Source of the DNA: Hypanus sabinus
Taxonomy: Eukaryota
DNA: 64,000 bases
NCBI RefSeq assembly: GCF_030144855.1
Contig: NC_082712.1
Location: forward strand, 169,260,001-169,324,000
Direction of reading: 5' to 3'
Shown here: piece after piece, positions 63,077-64,000 of the stretch
Layout of the letters: every line of letters starts with the position of its first letter
Position numbering within the stretch: the stretch's first letter is position 1
The notes under the pieces: generated by a model
What the model was told of the DNA's origin: nothing
What the model saw: the letters and a program-made list of their open reading frames with translations, nothing else
Databases searched by the model: none
Program-made: the position numbers and the translations under genes

Positions 63077-63286
63077 CACACACAAAATGCTGGTGGAACA
63101 CAGCAGGCCAGGCAGCATCTATAGGGAGAAGCACTGTCGACGTTTCGGGCCGAGACCCTTGGGTCTCGACGTTTGGGAGAAACGTCGACAGCACTTCTTC
63201 CTATAGATGCTGCCTGGCCTACTGTGTTCCACCAGCATTTTGTTTGTGTTGTTTGAATTTCTAGCATCTGCAGATTTCCTCATGTT
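63077..63286. mobile_element. Short palindromic Penelope-type terminal-repeat insertion
   Basis: Inverted arms at about 63078-63146 and 63180-63249, central hairpin CGAGACCC-TT-GGGTCTCG. Flanked by 14-bp tgcattct(g/a)aatgt direct repeats. Confidence 0.7.
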
Positions 63287-64000
63287 TGCATTCTAAATGT
63301 GTTCCTTTCAAGCACTACTGGATATGTAGTCTGAACTCTCATCTAAAGGTTAAAGATTGGTTTTATCCATCACACATACATCAAAACATGAAATGCAGCC
63401 CACAAGTGTCACCACGCTTCCGGTGCCAACACAGCATGCCTAACTCTTGCATCTATAGAATGTGAGAGGAAACTGGAGCACCCGGAGGAAACCCACGGAG
63501 ACACAGGAAGAATGTACAATCTCCATACAGTGATTGCAACTGAACCCTGATCTTCCAATCACTAACACTATAAAGCATGTTAACTGTTACAGGCATTTCC
63601 TCAACAGGTTCATGCACAGGGTAAGTGAACAAAGAAGGTTTTTTCCTTACAAAGCATCGAGCATACAGTATGATTCCAAGTTTAAGGAACCTTATCACAT
63701 TTATTCTCAATACAGCAAAGGTTTTGGCTTCCATGAGCATAACATGTCATAGCAAAGAGGATCATTCTCTGACAGAAGGTCAATGACTGTTTAATGATAA
63801 TGATGTCCATCATCAAAACAAGACTATTACTAGAATGGTGACAATCTGAATGACTCTCTTCAGCGGTACAGTTTGCACCAACATAATCATTCAGCAGCAG
63901 GCTGCAAAGTTACTGCTATGAAAAATAAGTTTGGTGATGACCAGGCCTTTTTTCCCTTCTATCATACAGCTGGGGGTGGTGGGATGGAGATGCCTCTCTA

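Overview
Eukaryotic (vertebrate) genomic DNA, dense in repeats. The repeat inventory (CR1, Rex1/Babar, V-SINE-like, Penelope-derived palindromes) suggests a cartilaginous fish, but that is an inference. The main gene is GOLGB1 (giantin) on the minus strand. Eleven phase-consistent GT-AG coding exons can be reconstructed from 62113 down to the stop at 18289 (11,844 nt, 3,947 aa, 5' exons lie outside the window). They include one 10,410-nt exon and the C-terminal tail-anchor exon. One GOLGB1 intron holds a full-length but decayed Ty3/Gypsy LTR retrotransposon (53866-61047). It has a CATG TSD, a tRNA-Pro-like PBS, a PPT, a PNMA/Ma-type Gag with two zinc knuckles, and an apparently intact -1 ribosomal frameshift signal (G_GGA_AAC plus a predicted pseudoknot). 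The rest is nested Tc1, Tigger, hAT-Charlie, L1, CR1, Rex1 and SINE relics, a solo LTR, and short palindromic Penelope-type insertions with hammerhead-like cores. Two phase-compatible candidate exons of an unidentified minus-strand gene lie downstream of GOLGB1. No prokaryotic-type systems (CRISPR, operons) are present.
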